The position numbers and the translations under genes are program-made. A DNA stretch of 64,000 bases from TPA_inf: Saccharomyces. Lineage: Eukaryota. Location: NCBI GenBank assembly GCA_000146045.2, contig BK006934.2, forward strand, positions 384,001 through 448,000, given 5' to 3'. Every line of letters starts with the position of its first letter. The stretch's first letter is position 1. Below the pieces are notes generated by a model. That model was given only the letters and a program-made list of their open reading frames with translations. It was not told the DNA's origin and did not search any database. Below are positions 1 to 10,454 of the stretch, piece by piece.

Positions 1-488
1 TATGGGAAGATGGGACTACAAAGTCCATGCTGTTGGTCCGTGGAACGTCCATGCTAGGATTCATAGCCAATTTTTTAGCCTCTATTTTAACCTTCAAAGC
101 ATGGATCACCGACCATAAAGTAGCAACAATGAACGCTTCAGGGATGATTGTCGTCGTTTACATAATAAACGCCATTTTCTTATTCGTTTTCGTTATTTGT
201 CAATTACTGGTATCCCTATTGGTAGTTCGAAACTTATGGGTCACAGGAGCTATCTTTTTGGGGCTATTTTTCTTTGTAGCAGGCCAGGTATTGGTTTATG
301 CCTTCTCTACACAAATTTGTGAAGGGTTCAAGCACTACTTAGATGGCCTCTTTTTTGGAAGCATCTGTAATGTGTTCACATTAATGATGGTTTACAAGAC
401 TTGGGATATGACTACCGACGACGACTTGGAATTTGGTGTAAGTGTTAGCAAGGACGGTGACGTGGTGTATGATAATGGATTTATGTGA
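1..488 (+). CDS. CHS7: 3' portion of CHS7 (chitin synthase III ER export chaperone), partial at the window edge. Stop at 486-488.
   Basis: Open frame enters from the window edge. Multi-pass hydrophobic C-terminal region. It sits immediately upstream of DSE2/RPC10/DCD1 as on chr VIII. Identity is by recall and synteny, not by search. Confidence 0.65.
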   Translation, partial: WEDGTTKSMLLVRGTSMLGFIANFLASILTFKAWITDHKVATMNASGMIVVVYIINAIFLFVFVICQLLVSLLVVRNLWVTGAIFLGLFFFVAGQVLVYAFSTQICEGFKHYLDGLFFGSICNVFTLMMVYKTWDMTTDDDLEFGVSVSKDGDVVYDNGFM

Positions 489-1088
489 AATGCTTCTTTT
501 TTCTATTACCATATATAGAAAATAGGTGTATACTATTAGTTTAATGTAATAAGCAGGACTATGACAAACCAAAGAGTGAAAGTAGCCGTTTCCACGTTTT
601 AACGGCTTGTGTACACTTTGACAGTCAATCAGCGTAGTGACTTCTTTTATCAGCGGAAACAACCATATCCATAAAAGAAACGTGATGGTCGTTCCCGTAG
701 TTTATTAAGTAAGATGACAAATTATCCTTCTTTAGTCAATTGAAAACAAAACTTCTTAATCTGTTTCCAATGTTTTAAAGTCGCTCATATGTTCATGACT
801 ACTTTTCCATGAGAGGGTTCTACGAAAAGCATCATCTTATTTTCGCAACGCTGCGGGTTTAGGCCTTTCCGCTGGTCTCTTTTCTGTTTACAGTTCTGCC
901 CGAATGTAAACAAATACTTTGCGAAAAGTAAATAATGTATTCTGAAAAAAAAAAAGAGAACTGTGAACAATGCTTGATAGTTGTAGGAATATCTTAGAAG
1001 AAAGGGGATAGATTATCTGGAAAATCGTTTGAATAAAATAAGAACCAGTAATTCATTCGTTTAAATTGGAAAAACAAAACATAAAAGA

Positions 1089-1253
1089 ACCAGCAATGTC
1101 TTGGTTGCCTGTTAATGTAAAAAGTTCTCCCAAAAGATGACAGGAAACTCGTTAACTCATACTCGGTATATAAGAGGAAACTTATCTAATGTTTCATTCA
1201 TTCTTCCTCTTCTGCTTATTCGATGTCTATTGAAAAACTTCAAGTAAACCAGC
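1089..1253. promoter_or_regulatory. Two AACCAGCAAT motifs (core ACCAGC, Ace2/Swi5-type) at 1089-1094 and 1248-1253 upstream of DSE2. A TATATAAG box lies at 1167-1174.
   Basis: Exact ACCAGC cores read in the sequence. DSE2 is an established Ace2 daughter-specific target. That these copies are functional is inferred. Confidence 0.4.
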
Positions 1254-1509
1254 AATATCGACTTCCATTAAGTAGACAGCGAGCCTGAAACAAAGAATAT
1301 ACTGTTTCAATTCCAACTAAAGCCACTCCCTCAAGCGTTATTATTTTTTGAATTATATTTTCGGGTTTTAAGCTAACTCTAGTCATTCCTTACTACATTT
1401 TATTGTAACTCTTCAGTAGAGCTAACCACAGTCATTCCTTAATATTTTTTAACACAGATCTCTTTCACAGAGTAGAAATAAAGCCACTCCTTTAACAAAT
1501 TACAAAGAA

Positions 1510-2487
1510 ATGAAATTTAATTTTTCTACAATTTTCAATATCTTATTCTTTTTATTCACCTTAATTGAAGCCAACAGCAATGGGGAAACAGTCAAACTTA
1601 TTACTTCTGATGGTATTGTTTACAGTTATGCTGTCTACACAAAGACTCTTGCGCCGGCAAGGGTTGTGGTTAAAACGATTTCATATACTACTACAAGGGT
1701 ATATCCGATTACTTTAGCTAATTCCGTCGTTTCTTCCACTACTGAAAAGATAACAGAGGTTTCAACGGTGTCAGCTTCAGAACAAGTTAGTGCTACTCAA
1801 ACAAACTCATTGGTTTCTACTTCTACTGTTTCCACTATCAGTCCAACGATTTCATCTGGTTCTTCAACATCCTCTAGCTCTACATACGATATCGAATCAT
1901 CTCAAAGTATCGAATCGTCAGGTACATCTTCCGCTACAGCCGAACCATCTGCGTCTTCAGGTTTTCGTTTGACTTCTAGTTCTGCTTTTGTTTCATCTAC
2001 TGCACCTTTCTCTTCCCAACTTTCTTCATCTTCATCTTCTGAAACATCATCCTCATCATTTTCAACATCATCATCATCTGCCCCTCTTTCCTTAACTTCT
2101 TCTTCTTCTTCTTCTTCTTCTTTCGCCACTATTATTACCTTGGCACCATCGAGCTCAAAAAGCGGAAACTCTCAACTAACTTTGGCGTCATCGTCTTCCA
2201 CTTCCGCAGTTGAGTCATCCCAAACAGGGTCCACTATAGCAAGAACTACCTCTACACTGGTACCCTCTTCTAGCGTAGATACAACGTCTAGAGCAACGAC
2301 ATCCATGCCATTAGAATCGTCTTCTACGCAATCGATATCCGTCTCCAGCTCGGATGGCACTTGTTACGTTTTTTATGATGATGATGACTACTATAGTACT
2401 GTCTACTTAACTAACCCGTCTCAATCCGTTGATGCCGCCACCACTATAACTAGTACAAACACAATTTATGCTACGGTTACCATTTAG
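1510..2487 (+). CDS. DSE2: Daughter-cell-specific secreted glucanase-like protein, 325 aa. Signal peptide, then a long Ser/Thr-rich mucin-like region.
   Basis: N-terminal hydrophobic signal ([21 protein letters not shown]), extreme Ser/Thr content, 325 aa length and position on chr VIII. Confidence 0.85.
2097..2122 (+). repeat. (TTC)8 trinucleotide run encoding poly-Ser inside DSE2.
   Basis: Perfect tcttcttcttcttcttcttcttc read directly. Confidence 0.85.
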
Positions 2488-3090
2488 CGCTTAGGCATAA
2501 TGGTGGTGCATTCTTTTCTATTTGTTTTCTCAGGCGTATTTTTTCCATTATTTTTTGTTAAAAATAGTAAAAAGACAGTATTATTTATTCATTTTTCCTC
2601 GTGTTGTTATAACGACTAAGTTTCCTAATTTCTTTATTTTGTTTTTTTCTCATGATCTTTTCATTTTGTAGTTTCAACTATTATATACAATGTGTATACT
2701 ATAACTTAATTTTATTAGTTACCTCTTACTAAGGATACTGATTCTTCCCCACTCATTTCATGAATTCATCACAAGTCTTTAGTATTTTTCATATGGAAAT
2801 TACATCACCTATATATATCAAAATGTTCCGGCGAGTACATTGTCAGAATCTACAGTTTTTCCTGATATGAGCAGTGATATGGAGAAAGAGACACTAAATA
2901 AGAACAAAATATTGCCGTAGATTTAATGATTCAATCATGTGTGTCAAATTTGTTCTCCATTGCATCTTCCTATTTGACATTTGTCTCATGACCACGACAT
3001 TGTACATTACCAGGTAAGGCTACAATTAGCCTCACCGATGTAACGTTATATAACGCTGCGGTCGTAGAATATGATTTTTCTGAATTTTAA

Positions 3091-3109
3091 TTTTTTTTTT
3101 TTTTTTTTT
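3091..3109. promoter_or_regulatory. Poly(dT)19 tract about 125 bp upstream of the RPC10 ATG. Likely a nucleosome-excluding poly(dA:dT) promoter element.
   Basis: 19 consecutive T read in the sequence. The role is inferred from general yeast promoter architecture. Confidence 0.45.
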
Positions 3110-3232
3110 CATTTCTTTAACATCTAAAATAGATTTTAGAATCAGAAAAGTGAAGAGTATTCCACATCATCGACTTATTCTACCAACATTTAATAAGAAC
3201 GTACCCAAGAATAAAAGTCCACAAGTATAACA

Positions 3233-3445
3233 ATGTCTCGCGAAGGGTTCCAGATTCCAACAAATTTAGACGCCGCAGCTGCAGGTACTTCTCAAGCTAG
3301 AACGGCAACTTTGAAGTATATTTGTGCTGAATGTTCTAGTAAATTATCTTTATCCAGAACTGATGCAGTCCGTTGTAAGGACTGTGGTCATAGAATCCTG
3401 TTGAAGGCTAGGACTAAGAGATTGGTTCAATTTGAAGCTAGATGA
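3233..3445 (+). CDS. RPC10: RNA polymerase I/II/III common subunit ABC10alpha (Rpb12), 70 aa zinc ribbon.
   Basis: 70 aa, CxxC-x13-CxxC (CAECS...CKDCGHR). Exact match to the remembered Rpc10 sequence. Confidence 0.9.
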   Translation: MSREGFQIPTNLDAAAAGTSQARTATLKYICAECSSKLSLSRTDAVRCKDCGHRILLKARTKRLVQFEAR

Positions 3446-3787
3446 ATGGAGAGACTGAAAACCATAATGGGTTACCGGGGCAGAATAATACGAAATAAAG
3501 AACCTAGGTTTTCCAAGGTTTTTGCAATATATAAACTTGTGCTTGATTTAAGTTTATGCAGCACTTTTCTTCCAGCAAATTCTTTATGTTTTTTTAAGGG
3601 AAAACGTATATCACTTAGAGATTATATTAATGAAAAAAGGTGTATACAAATGTATAATAATAATAGTATATAAGAAAAGTATTCGCTATTTATAGTGATT
3701 TTAGTTTGTACAATGTACTGTATTTTTTTTAAATGTAGTATTTTATATATATGTTACATTAGTTCGAACTGAAAAGGAACTTATGAA

Positions 3788-4726
3788 TTAAATCATCACA
3801 ATTCTTGGTTCTTCCGTAAAGCTGAATTGCCGGACGGTTATTCCCGCATTCTTCAAGACCTTGAAACTTTCCTCGTCCATTCTATAACTTTGGCTATAAA
3901 CTACTTCACTGATGCCTGTTTGAACAATCTTTACAGAACATGTTAAGCAAGGGCAAGTATCACAGTATAAGGTCGCATTTTGACCTACACGATCCCTGCC
4001 AGCTTCCAGTAGTGCATTCTCTTCTGCATGTAAGCATAAGCAAGTGTGCAGATTTCTAGAATCACCGTCATTGCAACGTGGGCAACCGCCATTGAAACAA
4101 TTTGTTAAATGTCGAGGAGTCCCATTATAGCCAGTAGCAATCACTCTGCATTCTCTCACAATCACGCAACCAACTCTACGTTTCATGCAATTGGAACGAG
4201 ATGCTGCTAGTGTGGCTAACTTCATAAAATAGCTATCCCAACTAGGCCTCATTAATGGAGCCATTTGTTTCTCTTTGTCATCGAGAATCTTTAATTGTGT
4301 GGTAATGTTATTAATCAAGCTCTGTCTCCTTCCTCTGCGGTCCTCATTAACTATTTTAAATCTCAAATGGGATTTCTCCCTTAATTTGATGCCTTCAGGC
4401 TGAAAGTCATGTTGATCAATGGCTTGTATTATTTGTTCTAATGATAAGCTTTCTGCTTGAGTCGTTTTCCTGTATAATGCTACCCTTGTAGTGACAGGAG
4501 CGTCGATAGAAAGATGAACAAAAAATGGTCTCTTTTCCAGTTTCTCCAGTAATGATAATTTTTCTAGGAATATAACTGAATTTTTTGTGTAATTTTTCGT
4601 AGCATAATCTAATATCTCCTCTGGATTATCTAGGTGATTGAGTAATTCAAAATGAAAATGATCAACCAACATGTTAATAACATCTTCGCATCCGCAAAAT
4701 TTCGTACCACTTACACCAATTAACAT
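3788..4726 (-). CDS. DCD1: dCMP deaminase, 312 aa.
   Basis: HAEENA and PCLTC zinc-binding motifs of cytidine/dCMP deaminases. The length and neighbours are correct. Confidence 0.9.
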   Translation of the reverse strand: MLIGVSGTKFCGCEDVINMLVDHFHFELLNHLDNPEEILDYATKNYTKNSVIFLEKLSLLEKLEKRPFFVHLSIDAPVTTRVALYRKTTQAESLSLEQIIQAIDQHDFQPEGIKLREKSHLRFKIVNEDRRGRRQSLINNITTQLKILDDKEKQMAPLMRPSWDSYFMKLATLAASRSNCMKRRVGCVIVRECRVIATGYNGTPRHLTNCFNGGCPRCNDGDSRNLHTCLCLHAEENALLEAGRDRVGQNATLYCDTCPCLTCSVKIVQTGISEVVYSQSYRMDEESFKVLKNAGITVRQFSFTEEPRIVMI

Positions 4727-4892
4727 AATCGTGTTATATTGATTAGTGTAGCATTCACACCTTTAATGTGCCAAAAAAAGATGTTGAATTCTATGGTAAT
4801 GCAGAAGTTTCAATTCTCGAGATTGCCTACATCATCTCATAACTGCGTACCGCGCGTTCTTGCAAAGAACAAAAAAGTGAAAAAATTATAAT

Positions 4893-4995
4893 GGGGCGAG
4901 CTGGGAATTGAACCCAGGGCCTCTCGCATGCTTTGTCTTCCTGTTTAGGCAGGAAGTCGCCCAAAGCGAGAATCATACCACTAGACCACACGCCC
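4893..4995 (-). tRNA. tRNA-Pro (anticodon UGG) with a roughly 30-nt intron after position 37. Equivalent to tP(UGG)H.
   Basis: The reverse complement reads GGGCGTGTGGTCTAGTGGTATGATTCTCGCTTTGGG[intron]TGCGAGAGGCCCTGGGTTCAATTCCCAGCTCGCCCC. The A box (TGGTCTAGTGG) and B box (GGTTCAATTCC) are present. Anticodon TGG. Confidence 0.9.
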
Positions 4996-5176
4996 ATGTA
5001 TCTGTTGGTGTTCTAAATAAAGAATTAAACTATGTAGGCATAAAAAGAGACGGGAGCATCTTAAAGATGCAACTGGATGGAGAATGGCAAAATATGAAGA
5101 AGAAGGAAGGAAAAGAAATATTATTATGCGTAACTGTTGATTCCTTTTTGTGGATTTCTTGAGGAGAATGTCTTTT

Positions 5177-5509
5177 TGAAGAGTGGGTGAATTTTGAGAT
5201 AATTGTTGGGATTCCATTTTTAATAAGGCAATAATATTAGGTATGTAGAATGTACTAGAAGTTCTCCTCGAGGATTTAGGAATCCATAAAAGGGAATCTG
5301 CAATTCTACACAATTCTATAAATATTATTATCATCATTTTATATGTTAATATTCATTGATCCTATTACATTATCAATCCTTGCGTTTCAGCTTCCACTAA
5401 TTTAGATGACTATTTCTCATCATTTGCGTCATCTTCTAACACCGTATATGATAATATACTAGTAACGTAAATACTAGTTAGTAGATGATAGTTGATTTTT
5501 ATTCCAACA
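5177..5509 (-). mobile_element. Solo Ty1-type delta LTR, about 333 bp and well conserved.
   Basis: The reverse complement begins TGTTGGAATAAAAATCAACTATCATCTACTAACTAGTATTTACGTTACTAGTATATTATCATATACGGTGTTAGAAGATGACGCAAATGATGAGAAATAG... and ends ...CCCACTCTTCA. This is the canonical delta sequence with TG...CA termini. Confidence 0.85.
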
Positions 5510-5544
5510 CTTTTATATATTCTGTATTTGATGTTATAGCTTTA

Positions 5545-5846
5545 TCAATTACAGAATGCCAAAAATTATCAAATTATTCACCAATATCCCAAATTTTAAT
5601 GCAACCGTTATGATCCGACTATTGATAAAGGAAATTCCTATTCTACATAATGTTACTGGTATTTCTTCTTCCGTTTTTTATGTCGTCATTCGTCATCCTA
5701 TTGCATTATCAATCTTTGCGTTTCAGCTTCCATTAAATTATGAAGATTATTTTTCAATCTTAAAGTCATCTTCTTACACTGGATATAATAATATACTAGC
5801 AGTATGAATATTAGTCGATAGACGATAGTTGGTTCTATTTCGACGG
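5545..5846 (-). mobile_element. Second, degenerate delta-like LTR (Ty1/Ty2 family) in the same orientation, directly abutting the first. Boundaries are approximate.
   Basis: Interrupted similarity to delta (gatagttgg-ttctatttc at the 5' end, ...gcattatcaatctttgcgtttcagcttcca... internally). The divergence suggests an older insertion. Confidence 0.55.
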
Positions 5847-6299
5847 GTAATATTCTACTAATACCAATGACACTATTAATTTACCTAACAGAAATTCTTC
5901 TTCAATTGACCCTAGCGTTTGCCTTATTATCAAGACACTGAAGGTAAAGTTGCCGATAAACTTTTTGGGTTCCACTGTGCACCTATTTCTATGCTTCAAT
6001 AAGCAGTTCCAGGTAAGGTTTCACCATTTCAACCCAAGTAAATGCTATGTAGTTATAATATTAATTAATGTGTTCTACTGGTTTTTCTGTGCATAAAAAA
6101 GACGCTCTGACGCCATTTATCTTGGTGTGTTACCCGTTAGGAAAAGTGGCGTTGCTAAAATTGTTGAAACCCGATCTCATCGCCTGGTAAACAATACAAA
6201 CAAGGATTTGAACAAGGTTTTATCATTTTCTGATACGTTTTTTGTACTTACAAAATAAAAGATACAAAAATCACTAAGAAAACTAATCTATCAATAAAA

Positions 6300-7697
6300 A
6301 TGAGTAGTGAACTCATGTTCAACTATACTTTTAGCTGGCCTGCTGGTCCAAAAGATGTTATTTTAACAGGAACGTTTGATGACTGGAGGGGCACTTTACC
6401 CCTCGTGAAGACCGCCAAGGGAAATTTCGAAATTACTATGCCCGTGAAGCTAGCCAACAAGGATGATACGTTTCAGTTTAAGTTTATTGTGGATGGCGTT
6501 TGGTGCGTTAGTGATTCGTATAAAAAGGAGCATGTTAGTGAAGGAATCGAAAACAATTTCTTACAAATTACCGATTTAGTTGAAACGCAGGAAGTTGCCG
6601 GTGCCAGTAGAATCCCGGAGGCAGGTGGCCTATTATGTGGTAAACCGCCTCGTTCAGCAGGTCCTCCTTCTACAAGTAATAGAAAGAAAAACAAGCGTAA
6701 CAATAAGAAAAGAAGATCTAAATTGAAGAAAAAGAGTACTAAGAACAACAAGAAGTCAAATGAAAGTTTAGACGATAATGAAGAAGAAGACGGGGTGACT
6801 GGAACTACTACTGAAGATGTTACTGGAACCTCTAGGGAAGAAACTCCATTGGCGGAGCCTACTAATGTTTCCAAAGAAGCTCCGGGCAATTTCCATATTC
6901 TGCCAATCGATCAAAGTGCAGACACAACTCAATCAAATGGTATAATTGGTGGACCAGGTCCTGTTCTTGTCCCAAACCCTGGTGAAATCAAGGAATTTAC
7001 CGAAATTAGAGACGTTGATGCTAGGGAATTGAATGAAAGACTTAACAAAAAAGAAGAGGTTCCAGAACCCGTTGCTGGCCCTATTGTTGAATCATCAGTT
7101 ACGGAAAAGAGTCCTGCTCTTCCACAAGCTGACGACCCGATTGTTGAGACCAAGGAAGTGGCTCATAATGTGCAGGAACTTACTCCTCAAGTGGAAGCGG
7201 TTACTCCGTTAATAAATGAGCCCGAACCATTACCAACTCCGGAAGCACAAATATCTATACCTGAGTCATCGAAAGTTGAACCAGTGGAGGGGTCTCTTCA
7301 ATCTAAGTTGGTGGAGAAACGTGAGTCCACTGAAGGTGTATTAGACGGTTCCAAAAAAGTAGAAAATAAGGCAAAAAAAGATGAAGAGGTCTTTACATTA
7401 GACCCCATCGTTAACAAAGCTCCCAAGCTACCCTTGACTGACGAGCAAACAGCTGAAGGTAGAAAATCACCAGCAGTGTCAGAAGAAAAAGAAAAGAAAA
7501 AGAAGCAAGAAAAAGGCTCTAAAGAGGTCAAGAGGTCAGAAACCAGTAAAGAAAAAAAGCCTTCTGCCAAAGAGGTTAAGAAACAAACTGTAAAAGCCCC
7601 AAAGAAACAGACAGCTTCTCCTTTGTCTTCTTCGACAGAAGAGCCCAAGAAGAAGAAAACTGGTTTCTTCGGCAAATTGAAGAAGCTATTTAAGTGA
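6300..7697 (+). CDS. CRP1: Cruciform DNA-recognising protein, 465 aa. N-terminal AMPK-beta-like glycogen-binding (CBM48) domain, Lys-rich C-terminus.
   Basis: The N-terminal [19 protein letters not shown]...FKFIVDGVW carbohydrate-binding-like domain, the length and the position. Confidence 0.85.
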
Positions 7698-7778
7698 ATT
7701 ATCTAAGGATTGGTCTCATGTTGCCGAATCATAGAAATATAAGAAAAAAATTAAAAAAAAAAAGAAAGAAAGTATAAT

Positions 7779-7985
7779 ACTAATATTGGCAATAATGCTA
7801 ACACATTACTAATAATAGCAATAATATTAATAATAATAATAATAATAATAAATTATAATAATAGCAGTAATAAAAATATCAAATAATAATAATAGTAATA
7901 GTAGTAGTAGTAGTAGCAGTTGTAGTAATGATAATAATAATATAATAATAATATAATAATAGTATAATAATAGTATAAGTAGTTG
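7779..7985. repeat. Imperfect AAT/AGT/ATAATA trinucleotide microsatellite block in the CRP1 3' flank. It includes (TAA)7 at about 7829-7851 and (TAG)5 at about 7901-7917.
   Basis: Read directly in the sequence. Confidence 0.85.
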
Positions 7986-8638
7986 TAGGTAAAAATCTTT
8001 GATTTATCTTATCTGGTTGCAATGCTTCTCCCCTCTGATGCCTAATATGTCTATCTTTATCCTATACCAATTGGCAGGGGAGCAATCATAATTTACATTA
8101 ATATCGTCCACCATACCCTGAAATTCCAAAAGAGTTCGAGAAATTGGAAGGTACAGCATTTCATTTACTCACTTATTTGATCTTTTCTTTTGTTTTCTGG
8201 TAAACATCTTTGTTTTAAATGGGCTCTCTACAACAAAACATGAAAAGTACTCAAGAAAAAAAATCTTTATTAGCGTTGGAATCAAAAAATATATAGCATT
8301 AGCAGAACGTTAAAGAGGATATTTGGTTTCTAGTCTAAATGGTGTTCCCTTTTCGAAACTGTATAAAATGAAAGGTAAGGTTCGAACTTCTGTGGCCTTA
8401 CTTATTGCGTTCATATTCCGTGAAACTAGTATATATTAAAGGTTGCAAGCCAAGAGTTTCATTGAACACCAAAATGTTTACCAAGCAAGAACACGTCACC
8501 GCATTAATAACCAATATAAATTTCATTTAAGTTATTTTCATAGGATATTTACAAGGTATTCCCTATAAAGTATAAGAAAAGATACATGTCATAAAAAAAA
8601 TTACGAAAATGAGTACGAAAATAACTGAAATCCTGAAG

Positions 8639-9292
<654 letters not shown>

Positions 9293-9427
9293 TCAATTCC
9301 TATAGTAAGATTTGCGATAGCTTTATTGCGTGATCTTCCCTTACTTACTAGTATTTGATATTCTTCCTCTATAACCGTAGCGTCTCCTCGCTATTTCCGC
9401 TCGCCTTTCATTACCCTCTACTTCCAG

Positions 9428-9459
9428 TGAAAAAAATTTCACTGATATAAGCTCATCGC
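9428..9459. promoter_or_regulatory. RRPE (TGAAAAAAATTTC, 9428-9440) followed by a perfect reverse-orientation PAC box (AGCTCATCGC, 9450-9459) in the MRPL6/IMP3 divergent intergenic region, about 75-105 bp upstream of the IMP3 ATG.
   Basis: Exact PAC GCGATGAGCT on the minus strand. RRPE is close to the AAAAATTTT consensus. IMP3 is a ribosome-biogenesis gene, so the assignment is biologically coherent. Confidence 0.6.
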
Positions 9460-9533
9460 AACAAAAATTCAATGGGATAAGTAATATAGAACGTTCTAAA
9501 TAGATAAACCACCAGGCATAATCACAACCAATA

Positions 9534-10085
9534 ATGGTTAGAAAACTAAAGCATCATGAGCAAAAGTTATTGAAAAAAGTAGACTTCCTTGAATGGAAGC
9601 AGGACCAAGGCCACCGGGACACTCAGGTCATGAGAACATATCATATTCAGAATCGTGAAGATTATCATAAATACAATAGGATATGCGGTGATATTCGTCG
9701 TCTTGCCAATAAATTATCATTATTACCTCCCACTGATCCATTTCGTCGCAAACATGAGCAATTATTACTGGACAAGCTATACGCTATGGGTGTCCTGACA
9801 ACTAAATCAAAGATTTCTGATCTGGAAAATAAAGTTACTGTTAGTGCCATCTGTAGGAGGCGATTACCTGTAATAATGCATAGATTAAAAATGGCGGAAA
9901 CTATACAAGATGCAGTCAAGTTCATTGAACAAGGGCATGTTCGCGTGGGTCCAAATTTGATCAACGATCCAGCCTACCTCGTAACGAGAAATATGGAGGA
10001 CTACGTTACTTGGGTGGACAACTCTAAGATCAAGAAAACCTTGTTGAGATACAGAAACCAAATCGACGATTTTGATTTTTCATAA
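9534..10085 (+). CDS. IMP3: U3 snoRNP protein Imp3 (S4/uS4-like domain), 183 aa.
   Basis: [17 protein letters not shown]... with an S4 RNA-binding domain. The length and position are correct. Confidence 0.9.
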
Positions 10086-10454
10086 ATTGACTACAAACTT
10101 ACGTTTTCTGTATCAATACTCGATTTATCATCTTCCTACATTGTGAAATTATTACGAATAGGCAACGAGGCAGCAAATACAAATGATGTGAGGCGCCTGA
10201 GCTTTCTTAAAAGCTGGAAGCATGAAAAATTGTTATATACACAAAGGAACTTCTTCGTCGTATGCAAAAATAAGAAAAACCGCAAAACAATTTCTCATCG
10301 GCGTCATTTGTTAAATATGCCTTAAAACTTAAAAATACACTTCGAAAAAATCCTATTTAACATAAATTAATTTGTATAAATACGCAATTTGTAAAATTTC
10401 TCCAATAAAACATCAATTTATATATCCGATAATTGTCCGTTCATTATCTACACT

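Noticed and set aside
1902-2360. Two minus-strand ORFs (75 aa poly-Glu/Asp and 62 aa acidic) inside DSE2.
   Set aside because: They are the antisense image of the DSE2 Ser/Thr-codon repeats. TCT and TCA are the complements of AGA and GAA codons. Low complexity, no independent signals, entirely nested.
2488-3232. Possible snoRNA in the 745-bp DSE2-RPC10 intergenic region.
   Set aside because: No convincing C/D box pairs (RUGAUGA...CUGA with a terminal stem) or H/ACA hairpin-hinge-hairpin (ANANNA plus ACA) could be identified by eye.
3446-3673. 75-aa ORF immediately downstream of RPC10.
   Set aside because: It starts at the RPC10 stop and lies in the 3' UTR. AT-rich, with no features.
4996-5176. 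Expected Ty3 sigma element 16-19 bp upstream of the tRNA gene.
   Set aside because: The 5' flank of the tRNA does not resemble the sigma sequence. Only delta-type LTRs are present.
4908-5807. ORFs 4908-5162(+), 4981-5337(-) and 5556-5807(+) near the tRNA. These correspond to a dubious ORF in the databases.
   Set aside because: They overlap the tRNA-Pro gene and the delta LTRs. The sequence is clearly retroelement LTR, not protein-coding.
6473-7675. Three antisense ORFs (138, 74 and 125 aa) inside CRP1.
   Set aside because: They are nested antisense to a Lys/Glu-rich low-complexity coding region. The Leu/Phe/Ser-rich products are composition artifacts.
7779-7985. Possible CRISPR-like or minisatellite array in the AAT-rich block.
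   Set aside because: This is a eukaryotic nuclear sequence. The block is an imperfect trinucleotide microsatellite with no repeat-spacer periodicity.
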